Shown here piece by piece: positions 1 through 11,988 of a stretch of 64,000 nucleotides of DNA (positions are counted from its first letter, which is position 1; each line of letters starts with the position of its first letter). The notes beneath the pieces are model-generated. The model searched no databases and was not told where the DNA came from. It worked only from the letters and a program-made list of their open reading frames with translations. The position numbers were made by a program, and so were the translations under genes. Origin of the DNA: Heteronotia binoei. Its lineage: Eukaryota. The stretch lies in NCBI RefSeq assembly GCF_032191835.1, contig NC_083231.1, forward strand, positions 78,306,001 through 78,370,000, read 5' to 3'.

Positions 1-339
1 GTTTGTGCAGTTGTTTTGCTTTATCCCAGTCTCCAGGTGAAAGCTAGGGTTCAGTCAGAATTACAACTGCTCTTCAAGTGGCAGAGATCAACTCTGAATA
101 TGAAGGCTGAATATGACAGGAAAAGACAGCAATAATGCATTGCAAAACAAAAGGAATGCTGCACTTCAGCATCTCTTTGACTGTCGTCATGCTCCCTGCA
201 CCCCCATCCCCAAGTATTCTTCCTTCTCTCTGTTCTGAACCTGTTTTAGGGCTTTGAGCCACCACAGACACTGGAACACACACACACATATGGGGGAGAG
301 AATGGAAAGCTGGTGCCTGTTTCAGCTGCAGGGTGGGTG

Positions 340-503
340 GGAAGACACTGGGGGGTCACCTTTTTTTACCATCTTCTGGGTTTGCAGCAGGGGTCACTGG
401 ATGTGGGTATAGGGGGAAGGTACTTGTGGATTTCCTGCATTGTGCAGGGGTTTGGACTAGATAACCCTGGAGGACCCTTCCAACACTATGATTCTATGAT
501 TCT
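340..503 (+). mobile_element. CR1-type LINE 3' end fragment
   Basis: Ends GGACTAGATAACCCTGGAGGACCCTTCCAACACTATG-ATTCTATGATTCT, the typical CR1 3' stem plus ATTCTATG tail; near-identical to the copy ending at 59761. 5' boundary approximate. Confidence 0.7.
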
Positions 504-639
504 GCAGGTGAGGGTAGAGAAGCCAAGATTTGAAAGGCATGTCTCAACTGGTGGGGTGGACAGTAAGGAAGCAAATGATCCTTCAGGTACCCTAGCCCCA
601 ACCCATCTAGATTTTAAATGTAAAAACCAATGTTTTGAA

Positions 640-1230
640 TTCTGCCCAAAATAAACGAGCAGTAAGTGCAGCTTTTTCAGCACAATGGTGAAATAATCCC
701 TGTATCCAGGGTGTTACATTCTGGGCAAGGTGAAGTTTCTGTATAGTTTTCAAAGGCAATTTCCCACATAGTATACATTACAGTAATCTAACCTAAATGT
801 GATCAGATCACGATGGCCAGACCATGTTTCTTGTAGAACAACCATAACTAAGTATCAGCCAAAGTTGGTGAAAGATACTACTTGCCATGGAGAATATCTA
901 AGCCTCCAAACATAGATCAAGATTCAGCAGCCCTGCAAAACTCTGGGCTTTCAGGGTAAGTGCAGCCCCCTGTAGGAAGGTTCACTCCTCCATCTTCAAG
1001 CTACTTTGTCATTGACCAACATTACCTCAATACTGTCTAGACTGGTCTTCTGTTCAGTGGTCTTCATCTATTTCATTACCTTTTCCGAGCTCCTGTTCGG
1101 GGCCTCCATAGATCTATCCAGAACAGCCATTAAGGAAAACTAGATCACAGTGTTATCCACATGTTAGTGGCACTTTACTCCAAAGCCACTGATGATCTCT
1201 CCCAGCAGCAAACCTTACTGTATGGTTTTC
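640..1230 (-). mobile_element. Old degenerate L2 LINE fragment (C-terminal ORF2 region)
   Basis: Minus strand of 771-794 encodes RLDYCNVY, followed by a frameshifted YVGLPLKTIQKL-like stretch, matching RLDYCNALYMGLP of the L2 at 30.9 kb. Boundaries approximate. Confidence 0.6.
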
Positions 1231-3943
1231 TGTCTTGTTTTCTACTTTTGTCATCCCATTTTTTTCATTGCTGATGTCTGGTTTTTGTTTTGTTTTGTTT
1301 TTGCATTAGTATTTGCATTTTGTAATCCTAGTTCTATTGCATTGGGTATCTCAGGCTATTTGACCACATTGTTTCATACAGTGTGATTTGCCTTGATTAT
1401 CAGTGAGAAAGATGAGATATAGCGATAGTAAATAAATGAATAATGAATAAATAAAACATACAGCACAATGTTACAGTGTTTCCATAAATAAGTTACATTA
1501 GTCATTTTGTGGTTTATGATTATATGACTGTGTCTATCACTTTATATTTTGCCTTTAAATTGCCACTTCTATTTGAATATGATAAAAAGTTAATGTTTGA
1601 CTAAACTAGTCTTGAGCTCTATTTTCTCTCAACATTGCTCACAGTTCTTTTGAGTGACACAGAGTCTAAGCATGGTCATGGCTAAGTGCATTCAACAACA
1701 GCTGGGAAAATGGGTCACTTGTTGACAGCTGACTGACCCCATTTCAGAGCAAAAGCAGGATGTGTTCCAATGGTTCTACATCCGAAGAGATTTTTTTTTC
1801 TTAAACAGCTCACAATGCATTCTCTAGGGAATGACAAATTTCTCATTTCCAGCTCTTGTCAAAGCAGCCAAAATAACCACTTCTAGGAAATTCTCTTCAT
1901 ACTGAAAGATCCAGTGCTCCTTTCTGTTCCCTCACACACCAACATATACACGAGGCATTTTTTTAGGAGCCTGCAGCAAGTTTCACAGAGGGACCCTGGA
2001 AGAGAGCCCTCTCTGAGGATTTATGTAGGTTCTTAATCAGACTAAAAGTGGTCAGCAGGAAGTAGAGCCCTTTCCTTCTCCCTCCACTTAAACTAAGCAT
2101 GCAACATCCTCCCTCAGTGACAAAGACAACCACTCTGGTGTACTGTTAAGAGTTTTGAACAAGGATGAAGAATAATTGAATTCAAATCTCCACTCTGCCA
2201 TGAATTTTACTGGAATCAGTTGTTATGCCTGTACAGGATAAGTACCTTGTACTAGAATCAACCACACTGATACAAAGCATTGTGCAATCTTTCCAGCTCA
2301 CCAGAATATTTCACCAAGCTGGGTTACTTTATCAAAAGACATATGGGAAGCACCTTTTTTCAGACTACAGTGTTATGATCTGATCTTACAGGCATCCTCT
2401 GTAAAATGCAGGCAGGCACAGCACTTAACTTTACTGCTGGCATTAAGTAACAGCAGCACATTCACTGAGAAGAGGCATTTCGATGGCATCTGCTCTTTGT
2501 CCACACACTGGAAATGCAGAAACAGTCCAACCATGTTCCTCTCAGATACCAAAACCAGATATACAGTTCTGTTGCAGGTTGAGAGCAAAAGGGAGCACCT
2601 TGTAGCTTTCATATTACCCATGTTTGAAATAAAGCTGATGTACAACAAATTAAGTCATGCAACGTAGTAAGTCAAAACAAAATTGCACCGTTCACTTTGT
2701 GCATTAGTCGAAATTTGACAGCTAACATTTCCCCTGACACTTTTACATTAGTGTCAGGGAAAACTTCGCAAGCTTGTTACGTGAGGAGGACAGGAGTTCT
2801 GCCCAGGAAAGAAAATTACAAACCTACCCCAGAGGTCACCTGAAATACAAGAAAACTACATCCCCAACCAGAGGTATAACATTTCCCCCAACTGAGGTAG
2901 TCTTCTGTCTCAAATTAAGAGCAGGTCAATGGCTAAAAGATCAGGCAACACTGCATCACGAAAGAAAATCACTATTTCTATTTTGGTTTCAAAACAGTAC
3001 AAAAGCCCAAAGGGGTTTTGCACCATCTGTCCACGTCTGGGCTCCCTCTTGCTCCACACTGAGAGGATTTGTGAAGAACTGAACTGCACCTTACAGACTA
3101 AAAAAAAAACCCTCATTGCGGCTGCTTAAGCCCTGTTGCCCAGACAATCGCAAGGCTCGAGAATCCCCTTCCTTCTTCCTCCCTTCCTGTTGAGTGTTCT
3201 GCCTGACTAAACAAACTAAATGCACCTAACTCCCCTCTTGCAGCAAGTGGACTTGACCGGAGCTAAAACCAACAAAGACGGATTCTGATGGGAGCTGCCC
3301 AAGCACTGGGCACAGAGTCAACAAGCAGGTCTCATTGAAATGTTAATGAGGCCATGTACTCCACAGCACCTCCAGCGTCCTTAACTTTTCAACCCCCAGC
3401 CAGCAGCAACCAATTTACAAGCTGCTCTAATGATTCACCAGGCTAGCCCTCCTAGCTTCACCAAAAGACTTCTGAAGGACTTGGGGAGGGGGTGCATTCT
3501 GCAGGACTAAATTTTAGATTAGTGGTCATCTCCATTTTCCATCAAGTTTGTTATAACTGCAGCATTCTGAGAATCACTGAAAAAATAGTTAGCTCAGAAG
3601 TAATGACATGGCATTAAACACAATTCTTTAACAGATGGAACTAGAAGGGGGCACACATGCACACATGAGTTGTTTTTCTCACCCTCTAGATTCCCAAAAA
3701 TATCTCCACAACATGAAATGTAGCTCCCACAGACTCACAGCCAATTAATACAAAATTTGCCACAGGACTAAACATATACAGTCAGCCAGAAACTGCTATC
3801 ATCCATAAGTTTATAGATATCCAGTCTTAGATACCTTAACATTTCAAGGAAATAGATCCAAGTGGGCAACTGTGTTGGTCCGAAGCAGTTGAACAAAGCA
3901 GGAGTCAAGTTTCACCTTTAAGACCAACCAATTTTTATTTAGA

Positions 3944-3984
3944 ACGTAAGCTTTTGTGTGCTCTTAAGCACATTTCATCAGACA
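3944..3984 (-). ncRNA. Minimal hammerhead ribozyme motif, core-mutated copy
   Basis: Minus strand TGT-CTGATGA-A-ATGTGC-TTAAGA-GCACAC-AAA-AGCT-T-ACG; catalytic G12 is replaced by A (CpG decay), so probably inactive. Confidence 0.5.
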
Positions 3985-4412
3985 AAGAATCCAGCACAGT
4001 GAGCAAAGTCATACATAGCTGGTAGGCAGTGGCCCAGAATGCAACATGGTATAGATTTAAGGACCAATGACAGTGAAGTAAAATTATCTGGTAGGCAGTG
4101 GTTCAGAATGTAAAATGGTACAATGACAGAATAGTAAAATTAATAAATTGAACAAACCTTTGATCTGAGTAGCATGAGTAGCAATAAAAATTGTTTGCTC
4201 ATGCTACTCAGATCAAAGGTTTGCTCAATTTGTTAATTTTACTATTCTGTCATTGTACCATTTTACATTCTAAAACCACTGCCTACCAGATAATTTTACT
4301 TCACTGTCATTGGTTCTTAAACCTGTAACATGTTGCATTCTGAGCCATTGCCTACCAGCTATGTATGGCTCTGCTCAGCTACATATGGCTTTGCTCACTG
4401 TGCTGGATTCCT

Positions 4413-4452
4413 CATCTGATGAAGTGTGCTTAAGAGCACACGAAAGCTTACG
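4413..4452 (+). ncRNA. Minimal (PLE-type) hammerhead ribozyme motif
   Basis: CTGATGA (4416-4422), extra A, stem II GTGTGC/GCACAC (4424-4429/4436-4441), GAA, palindromic AGCT, then T-ACG; core intact, one mismatch in stem I. Confidence 0.65.
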
Positions 4453-5395
4453 TTCTAAATAAAAATTGGTTGGTCTTAAAGGTGCCACTTGACTCCTGCT
4501 TTGTTCAATTTCAAGGAAAGTCACACAACCCTTTCATTTAAAACAGTGCTTCCAGAGTTGGGGTTTTTTGTTTGTTTATTTTTCCATTATGTTTTTGCAC
4601 TTAGGCATTGTACTGCATTCTATAGCAATCAAAAGCCTCCTTCAACATTTTTGCTTCTAGCCCCTTGCATCATAAAGTGTGGTCTTCAGAGCCTTTTAGT
4701 ACAGTCCTGAGCCGACTGACTTGCTTCTGAATGGATTGAAGTCAACAGGCTCAGACGGGTGTAATTATGCTTAGAATGACGCTGTAAGAGCTTGATGCAG
4801 CTCCAAGACTGGCTACATATGAGTATTCTGCAGTAGCCAATGCTGCAGTATTTTTCTACTGTAATTGTAGCACTGTTTTAAAAAGAAAAGAAAACCACTA
4901 CTTCAAATGTAGGAAAATGCCTCTGTGTGGGTATGTGTGCACACACATTTTAGAAGACAGAAATCCAAAGGGCAACTTGTTATTTGACTGGTTAAATGTG
5001 GTTTACAATCAGTATAGCAATGAAAGAAATTCAAACTGGATATAATCCAACAGGACTTGAATCCGGAAGAATTGCTCAGTCTTGTGATATAACATGTTAT
5101 ATAACTGTTGTTATCTTCTCCAAAAGTTTGCAGTTATAAACAAAACTGCTCCAACATCTGAGAGAAATTATTAGTTGATCCAGTTTTCACAAATTGGTTG
5201 TAGCCGGATGGCTAGCCCTTTGTTCAAACACCCCTTTCTTCCCTAGGTAACCATATTGCATCAGAGTAAAGACTACATTGTTTTCAGAATCTGGTGTCCT
5301 GTAGCTATTTGAAATTTAAGATGGTTATCACAGACCTGGGAAGGGCAACCTTGAAGGAGCTAGAGAAGATCCTTGAGTGTAAGGAATCTGTCACT

Positions 5396-5890
5396 TAGGG
5401 TTGACATCCCCAGCTGGGGTCAGGGGATTCTCTGGATTGGAGGCCCTCCCCCTGCTTCAGGGTCATCAGAAAGTGGGGGGATGTCTGCTGGGCACTCCAT
5501 TATTCCCTATGGAGACTGATTCCCATAGGGTTCAATGGAGAATTGATATATGAGTATCTGGGGCTTGGGGGGGGCTGTTTTTGAGTTAGAGGCACCACAT
5601 TTTCAGCATAGTGTCTGATATCTTTCCTCAAAGCACCCTTCAAGTTTCGAAAAGATTGGACCAGGGGGCCCAATTCTATTAGCCCCAAAAGAAGGTGCCC
5701 CTATCCTTCATTATTTCCAATGGAGGGAAGGCATTTAAAAGGTATGCAGTCCCTTTAAATGTGATGGCCAGAACTCCCTTTGAAGTTCAATTATGCTTGT
5801 CACAACATTGCTACTGGCTTCACCCCCAATGTCTCCTGGTTCCACCCCCAAAGTCCCCAGATATTTCTTGAATTGGACTTGGCAACCCTA
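5396..5890 (+). mobile_element. Non-autonomous hAT DNA transposon (MITE), TAGGGTTG termini
   Basis: Termini TAGGGTTGACA / TGGCAACCCTA; perfect 8-bp TSD CTGTCACT at 5388-5395 and 5891-5898. Confidence 0.9.
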
Positions 5891-5990
5891 CTGTCACTGG
5901 TGACCAAGATTGTTAATTCATGCCATAGTATTCCCCTTACTATGCATGGGCATAACAATCAGACAATGAAGAAAGCTGACAAGAAACCCT

Positions 5991-6171
5991 GACCTGGATA
6001 GCCCAGGCAAGTTTGATCTCAGAAACTAAGCAGGGTCAATTCTGGCAAAGTGCTTGGATGCGAGACCTCCTTGAAATACCAGAGCTGAAAAGCAGAGGCA
6101 GTATTTATTCAGCCACCTCTCTGAATATCCTCCAGCCCCCAGTAGAGGTCAACCACAAAAATCACCATGAT
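5991..6171 (+). mobile_element. 5S rRNA-derived SINE, degenerate, runs into the gap
   Basis: TGATCTCAGAAACTAAGCAGGGTC...GTGCTTGGATGCGAGACC...GAAATACC resembles the 5S rRNA internal control region, but is diverged and followed by non-5S sequence, so it is not an rRNA gene. Confidence 0.65.
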
Positions 6172-6357
6172 NNNNNNNNNNNNNNNNNNNNNNNNNNNNN
6201 NNNNNNNNNNNNNNNNNNNNNNNNNNNNNNNNNNNNNNNNNNNNNNNNNNNNNNNNNNNNNNNNNNNNNNNNNNNNNNNNNNNNNNNNNNNNNNNNNNNN
6301 NNNNNNNNNNNNNNNNNNNNNNNNNNNNNNNNNNNNNNNNNNNNNNNNNNNNNNNNN
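6172..6357. other. Assembly gap (186 N)
   Basis: Run of N. Confidence 1.
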
Positions 6358-6668
6358 GGAGGAGATGTGTAAATGGGTTCTAGATCAAATCAAGCCTGAA
6401 CTCTCTAGAAGCTAAAATGAGTAAACTGAGGCTCTTGTAGTTTGGTCATATTATGAGAAGCAACAGTCACTGGAAAAAAGGAAAGAAAAAAATGAAAACA
6501 GCAGGACAAAAGGAAGACCCAGCATGAGGCAGACTGACAATCAAGGAAGGCATGGTCCTCAGTTTGCAAGAGCTGAGCAAGGCTGTTAACAATAGGACAA
6601 TGGGGAGGACATTAATTCATTGGGTCACCATAAAGCAGAAGGAACATGATGGCACATAACACACACAC
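6358..6668 (+). mobile_element. RTE/BovB-like LINE 3' end
   Basis: CTAGATCAAATCAAGCCTGAACTCTC...TTTGGTCATATTATGAGAAG...GGAAGACC...CATTGGGTCACCATAA...(CA)n tail, typical of a squamate BovB 3' terminus (from memory). Confidence 0.7.
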
Positions 6669-7811
6669 ATTATAGACTTGAGCAATATTTTTTTCACATA
6701 TGTACCATACTTTTATCTGGTATATTTTATAATCTGTCTTTAATTATTTTGACAATACCATTGATAAATTCTCTGTTGCTGAATTGGGCACTGAAAAATC
6801 ATGTAAGAAAAGCATGTCAGAGAATAAAATGGAGTTACCTTCATACTGTCAGTGGTAATAAGGGGTGAGTGGGTTACTCAGCTTTGTAATATAGATTTTA
6901 TTGGAAATCACAGCACTATCTTTTTAAAATAACATTAATAAATTTAAACCTGTATTTTAAGAGCACTTTTATTTAACAGCCATTATGTAGTACTACTTAT
7001 ATGTCAAAATATATTGTATAATTGCAACCCATTGAAAAAGGAATCATTAAATGCAATAATTAGAAATCAGCATTTATAGAAAATGTGTTTTTGTACTGTA
7101 CATAATTATATCCTATTGTCTCCTTGCCCAAGCCAGGAATAGTCAAATATCAGCTTCCTACAGATTAACCTACAAAATCCAAATTGAAGTGTCATAAAGA
7201 AATAAAAAGGAATGGCACAGATTGTTCAGGCATATTCCTAGCTGCCTGCCACATTAAATTATCCACATACACACCCCATTTGACTTAAGTGGGGGAAGAG
7301 AAATTGAATTCTTATAGGCCAGCATTCAGTCCTATCGGCAGTGTGCTATGCTGGAATGGTGGCCTATATCACAAATAAATGTCATATTCTGAACTTTCCC
7401 TGCTAGAAATACTGTTATCAAGCTTTCCTGATAATTGAAGTGTCTTGGAATTTGTGTAAACAAAAGCAATTTAAAGACTAACAGAATTTTATCACAGAAT
7501 ACAATTGCATCTGATAAAGTAGACTCTAGACCATGAAAAATTATATTGGAATAAAATTCTGTTAGGCCCAAACCAGATGTTACATCTGGCATGAGTCAGC
7601 TCTGATGTTTATATAACCAAATGTGATGCCAAGGAGCTGGAGTTCCCAAGAGCGCTGGGGCCAACCTGGGTCCATGGCATGGGTGGGGGGAGGGAAGAGA
7701 AAGAGTTTCAACTTTCTTCCCACACTATTTTTCTGAGCTGAAATGGCCGTGGGGGGCGGTATTTATCCCACTATGGAGCGCCACATGCAGTTTTCAGTGC
7801 TTGAGAAAACA

Positions 7812-8251
7812 CAGGGTTGCCAACTCTGGGTTCAGAAATACCTGGAGATTTGAAGGAGGAGGAAGAGGAGGAGGAGAAGAGTCTCAGAGCAGCTTACAGT
7901 CTCCATTCTCTTCCCTTCCCTACAGCAGACATCCTATGAAGCAAGCGGGGCTGAGAGTGCTATTTTAAGAACTGTCTTGAGAGAACAGCTCTGAGAAAAC
8001 TTGTGTCTGACCCAAGATCACATCAGCAGGTGTATGCAGAGGAGTGGGTAAGCAAACCTAGTTCTCCCAGATTAGAGTCCACTCTCTTAACCACTACACT
8101 AAGAGTGGGATTTAGGGAGGGGAGTACACTTTTCAAAGTGTACACTTTTCAAAGCAGCCATTTTCTCCAGGAAAAGTGGAATAAATGTTTTAAATAAATA
8201 AGATCAGTTATAATTCTGCGGGATCTCCCAACCTGGAAGTTGGCAACAGCA
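7812..8251 (-). mobile_element. hAT-like MITE (GGGTTGCCAAC termini) interrupted by a SINE
   Basis: CAGGGTTGCCAAC at left, GTTGGCAAC at right; internal GCAGCCATTTTCTCCAGG shared with the copies at 25.0, 51.2, 61.0 and 61.9 kb. Confidence 0.7.
7852..8100 (-). mobile_element. tRNA-derived SINE (Squam3-like) nested in MITE
   Basis: Reverse-complement head TTAACCACTACAC at about 8088-8100; purine run at 7852-7880 is the (CTT/CCT)n tail; similar to the 13097 copy. Confidence 0.75.
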
Positions 8252-8280
8252 TGGGAAGACTGAAGCCCTTCTCATACACA

Positions 8281-8864
8281 CAGGGCTTTTTTTTTAGCAG
8301 GAATGCACAGGAACGCAGTTCCATTTAGCTTGGCATCAGAGGGTGTGGCCTAATATGCAAATGAATTCCTGCTGAGCTTTTTCTACAAAAAAGCCCTGTG
8401 TGAAACAATGGTGATGTCAGGGAGGAAGGTTGCTAGGTCTGACTCAAGAAATATCTGGAGACTTTAGGGGTAGAATCAGGAGCAAGGATGTGACAAGCAC
8501 AATTAAAGGGGCCGTGCTTCTTTTAAATGTCTTCCCTTCATTGGAAATAATGAAAGATAGGGCCACCTTCTTTGGGGGCTCATAGCATTGGACCTCCTGG
8601 TCCAATCTTTTTGAAACTTATGGGGTGTTTTGAGTTGAGGCATCAGAGGTTATGCTGAAAATCTGGTGCCTCTACTTCAAAAAAAACAGCCCCCCTCCAA
8701 AGCCCCAGATACCCATGGATCAATTATCCATTATACTCTAAGGGAATCAGTCTCCATAGGGTATAATGGAGTGCCCAGCAGACATTTCCCTCCCCCCATC
8801 AAGGAGTGTGGCCTAATATGCAAATGAGTTCCTGCTGGGCTTTTTCTACAAAAAAAGAGCTCTA
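8281..8864 (+). mobile_element. Composite hAT MITE: octamer-family dimer with an internal fragment of the 5396 family
   Basis: Termini CAGGGCTTTTTT / AAAAAAGAGCTCTA; 8-bp TSD CATACACA at 8273-8280 and 8865-8872; 8424-8797 is the reverse complement of much of 5470-5890. Confidence 0.85.
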
Positions 8865-11244
8865 CATACACACATGCACACACACTGCCATTCTGAGACA
8901 AATTGAGCCCTGGAGCACTTGGGAACTTCAGCTTCTTGACATCATGTTGTTGGAGGTAACGCAAAACCAACTCATGCCAGGGATAACATCTAGGCTGGGC
9001 CTTAGTCTTTGTACTACTAAACCCATATTAGTTTTTGTTTCAACAAACTAACACTCCTACCCTTTGGAATATTTATGCAATCAATGGAATAGATCTAACC
9101 AGCTTTTTCACTCAGTTTTGGTCAAGCCCATTCCTAGCTCTAACACACATGGTTTTTGTACAATTCCTATGATTACAATCATAGACTTTTGGGTGGTCAA
9201 GGGGGTTCCAACCCAATGTTAATTTTCTAGCTAGGAGGAAAATATCTTAACCTTTGTGGATGTATTTATGTAAATTCTATAGACAAGCTACAGTGAACTG
9301 CATTCAATAAAAAACTTATTCATATTAAGATTAGTCCTGTAAACATAGGCTCCATTTGTGTTGCATTTTATGTTTCTCACTGATATGAAAGAACCCAAAC
9401 AATTTGATAAATCTATCAGTCAATGATTTAGTTACCATCAAGCATATTTATAATACGAATTTTAAATTCTGTCTGTCTTCCTCTTCCCTCCCTATCCATA
9501 TCTGTTTGGAGATATGAAGTTTCAAAAAGTTTCAAGAGAAGTACTAGTGAAGACACATGCTTCTTTTGTGCATGCTTCCAGATCTTATGTGAAGAAATGA
9601 GATATACTAGACCTGAAGATAAGTGTTCTCCTAATACAAGGACAAACACACTTCTGCCCAGGAGCAAAACCCACACGCCTTGCTTCAGAGAAAACTCCAA
9701 AAACATGGAGCGCTTGAATTTCATTTCTCACCTCCTCATTTGAACATCCAAATATTAACTTATAGTGGAACAGGATTAGCTTTTACCTGCCTTGAGCCAT
9801 TTGAAAAAAGCAGGCTATAAATCTCTCCAACATAAGCAAAAGCAGGAAATAACACTTTTAGATGGAGCAATACTTGAGGAAAACCAGCTTTACTCTGGAT
9901 GTTTTATGGAGCAGGCTTTTATTTCTTTACACCCCACTATTAGCATATTGCTACAATCATCAATTACACTTTCCCCTTTAACTTCCCCTTGAATTGCCAC
10001 TGAAGCCCATCAAATGCTTCAGATAAAAGGAAGCCTTTCCTTTTACTATCACTTGGCAAAACAGATAAATACTTGCGTTAAGATACATTCTACCAGCTGG
10101 CCTCACGTCACCAGCTTTATGTATTATGCATTTGCTATTTATTTTCAAGGTGCTAATTCATATCAGAAGAAAACAGTTGGAAGGCTCAGTGTGGTCTTTA
10201 TACAAATTTAATGGATATTCTGATGAGATTATTCATTTTGCATGTTTTTGAAACATTATGGCATGAAAATTAAACATTATGACATTAAAAAATTAAAGCT
10301 CTTATTTTAATTGACAGTGCCTAGATGTTCAGCATAGTCAATAAAAACAATAGTGACAACTATCTCCATGGTTTGTTTTTTTTTGGGGGGGGGGTGAGCT
10401 GTTCTTAATTGGGTACTAGCAACTGTGTTTTTCACTGGCAAAGGAAAGTAGCCAAATACAAAAAGTGATACCAATATATGCATGCATACATTACAGGAGC
10501 CAACTAAGCAGTGCCCTCCTCCATTGTTAATCCCATGGACTGGCAGAAGGCAAGAAAATGTCCTATTCTTTAAAATAAACAAGCATATTGCAGCCTGCTA
10601 AAGACATTATTTTCCTCATCCCAAGAACTCTGATGCTGTTCTAGCAGTTGAATTACGAGACCACAGAGCCATTAAAAAATTGGCCAAATGACTTCCGTTT
10701 CTCTAAGGGCAATATGTTCCGAACTGAGTACCCATGAAGAATAAGAAAATCAATTAGAATCAGCGGGTTATAATTTTCAGTACAAAAGTTTGTTTTCTTT
10801 AAAATCAGATTCTGTTCTTCAACTGCATCTCTTCCTCTTGAGGAGCAGGATGACAGACTGGACACATGGGAAATCACTATGTGGTATGAGGGGAGGCATG
10901 ATCCAGATCGATGACTTTCACTCAAGGCCTCCTTCAGGAGAAGAAGATGAACTCTTGAGAATCATTAACAACAGAAGCTTCTCAGAAGATATGAAGAAGC
11001 TGACAGTGTGTGTCTCTCTGAGAGCATACTTAGATGCCTAAGATTCATTAGTAACCTTCCCTGTGTAGAAAATGGACCCAGGCAAGGATTAGACTTTAAC
11101 TTACTATCCCATAGGGCCGCTAGCAGCCAAGAGCTTCTAAACAAGTCTTTCCCATCACATTATCACTATAGTTCAAGGGTTTCCACCCTTGTCTTTAATA
11201 AGAGCAATGGAAAGTATCAGAAGCTACTTCCATTCTCCCAAGAA

Positions 11245-11988
11245 TAGGGTTTTGCATTTGGTAAAAATCAAACTGAATAAATACCCAGAAAAACCTCACT
11301 GGTATTTCTCAGGTAATTACCAAACTGAATACAGTTTGAAAATCTGATTCACTACCAGTACAGCTGAGCCCAGAAAAAAAGCTGATATTATTTGACTTTT
11401 ATTCAGGTATCAGAACAAGAAACAGCAACCTCTTTAAATGCCTTCTCCAAGCCACACTGCACGCCTCCTGAGTTCGCTTGCTGAGTCATGCTGCTGCGCT
11501 CAGAGAAGGCAATATGTATTTAAAGAGACTGTGGTCTCTTTAAATGCCTTCTCCTCCAAGCTGCATCATGGCAGTGGTGGGACTCAGCAAGTGCACTCAG
11601 AAATTGCAGAGTTGTGCTGTGGTGGCAGCAGCATAGTTTGGAGATGGCATTTTAAAAGACTGTGGTCTCTTTAAATGCCTTCCCCCCCCCCATTGGTCCA
11701 ATTGTTTTCAAACTGTGGGGGTGGGTTGAGGAGAGGCGCTAGCAGCTATGCTGCAAATGTAGTGCCTCTACCTCAAAAACACCCCCCCCCCAAGCCCCAG
11801 ATAGATTCTCCATAGTTGGTTCCCACAGGGCATAATGGAGCCAAAAAATTCCGGGTTTCCTGAAAAATTCCTGAATCTCAATGCCATGCCAATATTGGGA
11901 TTCAGCAATATCAGAAAATATTGATATTTCTGGACAATATATCCAAACCTGATAAATACTGGGGGGGGGGCGGGTTTGGACACTCCTA
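11245..11988 (-). mobile_element. hAT-like non-autonomous element with internal repeats
   Basis: Termini TAGGGTTTTGCA / GGACACTCCTA; flanks CCCAAGAA and CCCCAGAA (7/8 TSD); repeated CTCTTTAAATGCCTTC units; shares a core with the 5396 and 8424 elements. Confidence 0.65.

Larger units (their letters stand above)
3853..4507. mobile_element. Penelope-like element (PLE) fold-back insertion
   Basis: Inverted arms about 3889-4184 and 4191-4508 around a TAAAAA spacer; 12-bp direct repeat ATTTCAAGGAAA at 3841-3852 and 4508-4519 (TSD); each arm carries a CTGATGA...(G/A)AAAGCTT hammerhead-type motif. Confidence 0.8.

Noticed and set aside
5991-6100. 5S rRNA gene
   Set aside because: Partial and diverged, no T-run terminator, continues into SINE-like sequence.
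10790-11041. Protein-like ORF (…IQIDDFHSRPPSGEEDELLRIINN…) with a possible upstream acceptor
   Set aside because: No recognisable homologue, no ATG start at the annotated position, no partner exons; a BLASTX search would be needed to revive it.
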